Source of the DNA: Candidatus Thorarchaeota archaeon
GTDB lineage: Archaea > Asgardarchaeota > Thorarchaeia > Thorarchaeales > Thorarchaeaceae
Direction: 5' to 3'
NCBI GenBank assembly: GCA_008080745.1
Contig: SHMX01000001.1
Coordinates: 210,001-242,000 of the forward strand
Length of the DNA: 32,000 nt
The notes beneath the pieces were generated by a model. That model had not been told where the DNA came from. It worked only from the letters and a program-made list of their open reading frames with translations, and did not search any database. The position numbers and the translations under genes were made by a program. This document shows, piece after piece, positions 26,892-32,000 of the stretch. The stretch's first letter is position 1; each line of letters begins with the position of its first letter.

Positions 26892-27302
26892 ATGGTTATG
26901 GCGGATACATTCACCATGAAGCTAGATGAGATTCAACCAAGTCAATTATACATTAGCCAAAAAAAGTTGAAAAAAATAATGAAACTCTTTGAAAAGGATT
27001 TGACACATCTAATTCCACCCATCCCAATTAAGCAATTAGATGGCCATATGATGTCTACAGACGGACATACTCGTAGTCTGGCCTGGTATTTGAATGGATA
27101 TACCCAAGTTGAATGCGAATGGGAAGACTCTGACTTGGATTGGGAAGCATATAGTATCTGTATCAGATGGTGTATAGAGGAGGGAATCCATTCAATTATC
27201 AATCTAAAAGAACGAATAGTTCCACATGATCAGTACAAAATAGTCTGGTTGGAACGATGTCAGATTATGCAAGATGAGTTAGCGAAAAAACGTGACATCT
27301 AA
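26892..27302 (+). CDS. ParB/Sulfiredoxin-like N-terminal domain protein
   Basis: IQPSQLY...PIPI...DGHTR motif. Confidence 0.7.
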   Translation: MVMADTFTMKLDEIQPSQLYISQKKLKKIMKLFEKDLTHLIPPIPIKQLDGHMMSTDGHTRSLAWYLNGYTQVECEWEDSDLDWEAYSICIRWCIEEGIHSIINLKERIVPHDQYKIVWLERCQIMQDELAKKRDI

Positions 27303-27348
27303 TTCTTTTTTAACCATTGTTAATATATTTATATGGAGATGTACTCCA

Positions 27349-27591
27349 TTGACTGGCGAATATGATGTAAAAAAAACAATCGATTGTATTGAGAAGACCT
27401 GTTCTGATTTAGTGAGTGACACAAGCGATGCCATGAAGAGCATGGAATCCAACGACTATATCGAAATTCTATCCGATTATGAAGATGCTGAAGATGAATT
27501 GAAAAAGTTGGTATTGGATACCCAGCACGAACTGGTACGGATATTTGAAGAAGAAAATGATGTCAAACGATTTATTCTTCGCAAAATTTAA
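27349..27591 (+). CDS. Divergent TusA/SirA-like protein (CPxP replaced by CSDL)
   Basis: TIDCIEKTCSDL...IEILSD...RFILRK aligns by eye to the neighbouring TusA. TTG start 27349 preceded by GGAGA. Confidence 0.7.
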   Translation: MTGEYDVKKTIDCIEKTCSDLVSDTSDAMKSMESNDYIEILSDYEDAEDELKKLVLDTQHELVRIFEEENDVKRFILRKI

Positions 27592-27663
27592 GGCCAACCA
27601 CACGAGTAGGAGGGAGTTGGTCCAAAAGAATATCATTTGAATCAGAAAGGTTATATGTTCTAG

Positions 27664-27692
27664 TAACTATTGTTAATCGTTAGCAATAGTTA
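27664..27692 (+). promoter_or_regulatory. 13-bp inverted repeat (operator candidate) between the TATA box and tusA
   Basis: TAACTATTGTTAA-TCG-TTAGCAATAGTTA lies immediately downstream of BRE/TATA-like GAAAGGTTATATG (about 27645-27657). Confidence 0.55.
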
Positions 27693-27702
27693 AGTGATAA
27701 CG

Positions 27703-27942
27703 ATGAGTGTCCACAAACCTACAGATTCTCTAGACTGTATCGGACTCTTTTGTCCGCAACCGCTCTTTCAGACAAGAGAAGCAATTGATGCCCTGGAATC
27801 AGGTGAAGTTCTTGAATTACTGACTGATGACCCTGCATCCGAAGAAGACATCAAACGGTTCGCTAAGAGGACAGGACACGAACTATTGTTCTTTCAGCAA
27901 ATGGATGATGGTTCATTTCGTTTTCTAATCAAGAAGAAATAG
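27703..27942 (+). CDS. tusA: Sulfur carrier TusA/SirA family
   Basis: LDCIGLFCPQPL...LLTDDPASEEDI. ATG 27703 follows GTGA; the alternative start is GTG 27694. Confidence 0.92.
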   Translation: MSVHKPTDSLDCIGLFCPQPLFQTREAIDALESGEVLELLTDDPASEEDIKRFAKRTGHELLFFQQMDDGSFRFLIKKK

Positions 27943-28305
27943 GTGATACAACTGAACTCGATATTATATGTACAGACAAGCGATGACCCAGAGAGACAAT
28001 ACTCTCCTGTTGTCCTAGCACTTAGTGCAAAAGCTATGGATATTGATGCCAAGATATACTATCTTGGACAAGGACTGAGAATACTCAAACCAGGAGAGGC
28101 AGATAAAATCAAAATGGGGGACTTCCCCAGTTTGAAAGAGATGTTACAAAAGGCGATATCTCAAGGAATTCCAGTCTACGTCTGTGAAGCATCAAAACAG
28201 ATGTTGGGATGGGACAAAGTAGAATTTGACTTGGATCTCAAAATCGTAGGTGCTGCAACACTCAACGACCTCACTCTAGAAGCAGATGCGACTATGTGGT
28301 TTTAG
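27943..28305 (+). CDS. DsrE/DsrF family protein
   Basis: P...LALSAKAMD...IYYLGQG...VYVCEAS...GAATL. Confidence 0.88.
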   Translation: MIQLNSILYVQTSDDPERQYSPVVLALSAKAMDIDAKIYYLGQGLRILKPGEADKIKMGDFPSLKEMLQKAISQGIPVYVCEASKQMLGWDKVEFDLDLKIVGAATLNDLTLEADATMWF

Positions 28306-28314
28306 GAGGAACAG

Positions 28315-29496
28315 ATGATGGACGAGGTATATCTAGATTATCAGTCAGCAAAACCCGTTGATCCCAGAGTGCTGGAGCTGATGCGTCCATATTTCACAAA
28401 ACACTATGGAAATCCTTCGGCCTTACATAGTATTGGAGATAGAGCAACTGAAGTATTGGAAAAGAGCAGAGAAAAAATTTCTCGGTTCATTAATGCAGAC
28501 CCAGGCGAGATAATCTTCACCTCGGGAGCTACTGAATCAAATAATATGGCACTAATAGGATATGCTCTTAGGAATAAGAGGAAAGGAAATCATATTATCA
28601 TTTCAGAAATTGAGCACATCTCGATAAGAAATATTGCAAAGTATCTTGAGCGAGAAGGATTCAAAGTTACCAGAGTGCCTGTAAACCTCTATGGTAGGTT
28701 GGATATAAAAAAGTTAGAACGGAGAATTACACCTGAAACAATCCTAATATCTGTGGGATATGCAAATAACGAGATTGGGACGATTCAGAGTGTTTCTAAG
28801 ATTGGCAAGCTTGCTGAAGAGAGAGGAATTGCATTCCATACTGATGCGGTGGCTGCAGAAGGGTTAATTCCCATTGATGTGAAACGAGATCACATTCACC
28901 TCATGTCACTTTCTTCTAATGATCTCTATGGACCCAAAGGAGTGGGTGTATTGTACATGAAAAAGAAGTATCGTGTCAATCCATTGATTATAGGAGGAGG
29001 TCAAGAGAGAGGTCTCAGATCAGGCAGTGAAAATATGCCGGGAATAGTTGGAATGGGGTACGCTGCGGAGATAACTCAGAAGGAGATGAAAAAAGAGAGC
29101 GAAAAGCTCGAGAAGTATCGGGATCGACTAATCAAAGAACTATTGGAGATTCCAGATAGCTATCTCAACGGCCATCCCACTAAACGTTTACCAAACAACG
29201 CACATGTGCGATTTGAAGGACTAGAGGGTGAGGCATTACTACTATCATTCAAGGACAAGGGAATTGCAGTATCGACTGGCTCTGCATGTACATCGAAGAC
29301 CCTCGAACCATCTCATACACTAATAGCAACTGGATTGACCCATGAAGAGGCCCATGGATCACTTCAGCTAACCCCTGGACGATTTACACAAGATGAAGAC
29401 ATTGATCGGATTTTGGATGCGACACCAGAAATTGTGCAGCGTCTTCGAGAGATGTCTCCGATTTACAAACCAAAGGAGAAGATGATATCAAAATGA
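28315..29496 (+). CDS. iscS: IscS/NifS-family protein with PLP Schiff-base Lys replaced by Asp
   Basis: YGNPSALH, FTSGATESNN, EH, HTDA, GGGQERG, STGSAC (catalytic Cys). SSNDLYGPKG replaces the usual SxHKxYGPKG. Confidence 0.92.
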   Translation: MMDEVYLDYQSAKPVDPRVLELMRPYFTKHYGNPSALHSIGDRATEVLEKSREKISRFINADPGEIIFTSGATESNNMALIGYALRNKRKGNHIIISEIEHISIRNIAKYLEREGFKVTRVPVNLYGRLDIKKLERRITPETILISVGYANNEIGTIQSVSKIGKLAEERGIAFHTDAVAAEGLIPIDVKRDHIHLMSLSSNDLYGPKGVGVLYMKKKYRVNPLIIGGGQERGLRSGSENMPGIVGMGYAAEITQKEMKKESEKLEKYRDRLIKELLEIPDSYLNGHPTKRLPNNAHVRFEGLEGEALLLSFKDKGIAVSTGSACTSKTLEPSHTLIATGLTHEEAHGSLQLTPGRFTQDEDIDRILDATPEIVQRLREMSPIYKPKEKMISK

Positions 29497-30284
29497 AATC
29501 AACACAATACTCAGAGAAAACTCTAGACCACTTTAGAAATCCCAGAAATGTCGGTGTTCTTGAAGGAAACGACGTGGCGGTAGGACGAGTAGGCAATCCC
29601 ACCTGTGGAGACCTCATGGAGGTCTTCATAAAAGTGAAGAATGTAGACGGGGTTGACATCATAGAAGATGCAAAGTTCCGTACCTTTGGTTGTGGATCTG
29701 CTATTGCTACAAGCAGTATGACAACTGAGATGGTAAAGGGAATGTCGCTGGATGAAGCTCTAGAGATAACCAGAGACGATGTAGCAACTGAACTTGATGG
29801 ACTTCCTCCTATCAAGATGCACTGCTCCAATTTAGCTGCTGATGCACTCCATGAAGCCATTAAGAACTACCAAGCTGCAGTTGAAAAAGAGATAGAACTA
29901 CCTGAAGATGTACCCTCTGCACCCAGCTGTATAATTGGTAGGGAGGAATTTTTGGATAGAGGAGTATACCATTCAGTCATCATGGATATTGACGAATTTG
30001 AAGACAAAAGAACATTGGTACTTCATACCGGTGACGAATCAATTGATATGGCACTTGAACTAACATCGGTCACAGAACGGGTAATCTTACTCACCCCCGC
30101 AGAAATGATTCACACCACAGAGGAACTTGCAGAAGAATTAGCCAATTCAAGTGTGAAGGTATTGACTCAATCACGTTTACTTGAGGTGCGTGGTGAGTTT
30201 GAGGTTGAGCGGGTCCTAGTCAAAAATTTGGATGAGGACGAGGATTACGAACTACATGTTGATGCGGTTGTCATAATCGATTAG
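29493..30284 (+). CDS. iscU: IscU/NifU scaffold fused to a degenerate thioredoxin-reductase NADPH-binding domain
   Basis: N-terminal HFRNPRNVG, NPTCGD, FGCGSAIA and KMHCSNLA. C-terminal GREEFLDRGV...RTLVLHTGDESIDMALEL...VRGEFEVERV...LHVDAV. Confidence 0.88.
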   Translation: MKSTQYSEKTLDHFRNPRNVGVLEGNDVAVGRVGNPTCGDLMEVFIKVKNVDGVDIIEDAKFRTFGCGSAIATSSMTTEMVKGMSLDEALEITRDDVATELDGLPPIKMHCSNLAADALHEAIKNYQAAVEKEIELPEDVPSAPSCIIGREEFLDRGVYHSVIMDIDEFEDKRTLVLHTGDESIDMALELTSVTERVILLTPAEMIHTTEELAEELANSSVKVLTQSRLLEVRGEFEVERVLVKNLDEDEDYELHVDAVVIID

Positions 30285-30288
30285 ATAT

Positions 30289-31254
30289 TTATTGTCCATA
30301 GTACGGTGATTTGGCTAGGAGCCTTCGTCGTACTAATGGGCGGAATAGCATTGCAAGATACCTTTTGATTCCAGCTAGTTCCTTGTATTCTTCAAGAAAG
30401 TCTTCAAAGTCATGTTTTTGAAAGTCTAGGATTTTTTGAGACTCCTCTGTATCCATCCAATCAGTGTGAAACCAATCTTCATCACATGTGACTTCTTTAA
30501 ACGCAGAGTCCGGAAGCATTCCTATACCCATCGCATCCAACATCTTGCTTACAAAATGACGATACGTCATTCTGCACGACTCACCACCCCCAAGTAGAAG
30601 AATCTTCTCTTGAGCATCTACCTCCACCGCATTGGCACAAGCCAGACCAATATCACGAGTATGGACAAATTCGATTCTTTGTTCTAGAGGGATTTCGAAC
30701 ATTATGGGATCCACATCCATACCAATCGATAATGGTGTTACGACCCCAAATCGCAAAATTGTCCAAGGTAAATCACTTGCTTTGACCAGCTTTTCACATT
30801 CAATCTTATGTTCAGTGTATGGGTCTGTAGCCTGTTGTGGATCTGAAGCAGTTTTTGGAGGGCCTTCTCCAGTGCAATGTCCATAGGTAGCAATGGAGCT
30901 AGCATAGATGAACTTCGGAGGGGATTCCATCTCCTGTGCAGCCTTCAAAAGATTGGAGGTTCCTCCAACGTTGACCTCTCTGGCTAAATCGGGATTTATA
31001 TCTGAAACTGGAGGTATAATTGCAGCAAGATGGATTATAGTTTCCATATTGAGAGCTGCCATTGATACTGCATCATAATCACGTATGTCACCCCACACAG
31101 TCTGAAAATCCCCAATTTCTTCCATTTTTTTCTGGGTCTTTTCATTCCTTTTTGTGGGAAGGTCGAAACATCTTATGTAGTACCCCTTCTCTAGAAGTGC
31201 CATCAGCGTACTCTCGCCGACATTTCCAAAAGCTCCAGTCACCAATACCTGCAT
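30289..31254 (-). CDS. Extended SDR / NAD-dependent epimerase-dehydratase
   Basis: VLVTGAFGNVG, HLAAI, NVGGT, YASS, YTEHK. Confidence 0.92.
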   Translation of the reverse strand: MQVLVTGAFGNVGESTLMALLEKGYYIRCFDLPTKRNEKTQKKMEEIGDFQTVWGDIRDYDAVSMAALNMETIIHLAAIIPPVSDINPDLAREVNVGGTSNLLKAAQEMESPPKFIYASSIATYGHCTGEGPPKTASDPQQATDPYTEHKIECEKLVKASDLPWTILRFGVVTPLSIGMDVDPIMFEIPLEQRIEFVHTRDIGLACANAVEVDAQEKILLLGGGESCRMTYRHFVSKMLDAMGIGMLPDSAFKEVTCDEDWFHTDWMDTEESQKILDFQKHDFEDFLEEYKELAGIKRYLAMLFRPLVRRRLLAKSPYYGQ

Positions 31255-31315
31255 AATGAAAAACTCTCACAATTACTTATCTCAGTTATGTTTCTTTTTA
31301 GAGGTTTGTTGGACG

Positions 31316-32000
31316 TCACAAGTTGGCAACTCTGTGCACGGTCTGTACAAAAGCATCAAGTGAGTCTAAACGCATCATATGTTCAGGTTCAAATGTGAAA
31401 ATTCCAGAATATCCCCAGTCATCCTGTATTTTTCTAACCGCTTCATCAAATGTGAACGGGGCATTATCCAGAGTATACTGATTCCCCTGGAGAGTTCCAC
31501 GTAGATGAATGTTAGCAATTCGATCTACCACTACGGAAAATTTCTCAAGTTCGTCATACAATGCGGCCCATCGAATATCCAAGGTAATGGCATTAAAATG
31601 ACGAATCAAATCGAAAGGAGTCGAACCTTCAAGATGTGTAGGAACATTTTCCACACTTCCTGTAATGGATGGATATTCCTTAGAAACATCAGCTAAAGTT
31701 GTCTTCAAAAATTCAATATCAAAATGTTTCTTGTAAGTATCCCAGAAATGGAAAACAATTACTTTAGCACCAACAGATTCTGCCAAATGGAACGTATCAC
31801 GAACCATATCTTTGCCAATTTCACGCTCACGCGGATTTTCTGAACAGAGACAAATGCCCACATCACGATTACCGTGAATTGACATAATAGGAAGATCAGC
31901 TGCTTTGAGTATATCCACAATATTTTGAATCGAGTGTTTTTCACTCTTCTTCCAGGTTTCAGGTCGGTGTCCTTTTGTCTTATTATCACGAGGAGGACAT
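31316..32000 (-). CDS. Xylose-isomerase-like TIM barrel (sugar phosphate isomerase/epimerase family), 5' end beyond window
   Basis: SIHG, VIVFH, SVEN, TLD, NIHL, FTFE metal-ligand pattern. The frame stays open from 31918 to the window edge. Confidence 0.8.
   Translation of the reverse strand, partial: CPPRDNKTKGHRPETWKKSEKHSIQNIVDILKAADLPIMSIHGNRDVGICLCSENPREREIGKDMVRDTFHLAESVGAKVIVFHFWDTYKKHFDIEFLKTTLADVSKEYPSITGSVENVPTHLEGSTPFDLIRHFNAITLDIRWAALYDELEKFSVVVDRIANIHLRGTLQGNQYTLDNAPFTFDEAVRKIQDDWGYSGIFTFEPEHMMRLDSLDAFVQTVHRVANL

Noticed and set aside
26892-27302. Chromosome partition ParB
   Set aside because: Only the ParB/Srx catalytic-like domain is present, with no HTH, no parA and no parS-like repeats.
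1-32000. tRNA/rRNA genes, CRISPR arrays, IS elements, integrases
   Set aside because: I found no cloverleaf, rRNA-like GC-rich tract, regularly spaced repeats or transposase motifs in the intergenic regions or ORFs on manual reading.

Overview
Gene-dense archaeal chromosomal window, roughly 40% GC by eye, with GGAGG/GGTGA ribosome-binding sites, TATA boxes and a proteasome alpha subunit. The gene mix suggests an Asgard archaeon, probably Thorarchaeia; that taxonomy is inference. I saw no rRNA, tRNA, CRISPR array or mobile element. Top observation: the ORF track's 1472..2077 ORF is probably the 3' part of a longer gene, 1277..2077, interrupted by one in-frame TGA (1349-1351) in a C-A-S-U (CxxU) motif. 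A eukaryote-type SECIS-like kink-turn hairpin (ATGA-N11-AA-N18-GA, 2070..2113) sits on its stop codon, making it a candidate unannotated selenoprotein outside the classical families. Second: a + strand cluster (15560..24064) encodes an FG-GAP propeller/Zn-ribbon/tandem winged-helix protein, a dCache-HAMP-TPR-VWA receptor, an output-less dCache-HAMP paralogue, a bacterial-type arginine decarboxylase (SpeA) and a LarE-like protein. Both dCache pockets carry an acidic residue in place of the carboxylate-binding Arg, suggesting amine/polyamine sensing without a kinase. Also present: a half-dead tandem beta-carbonic anhydrase, a CorA-like/wHTH gene pair, a Tat-less reductive dehalogenase with an extra ferredoxin, and a TusA-DsrE-IscS-IscU operon whose IscS lacks the PLP lysine and whose IscU is fused to a degenerate thioredoxin-reductase NADPH domain.
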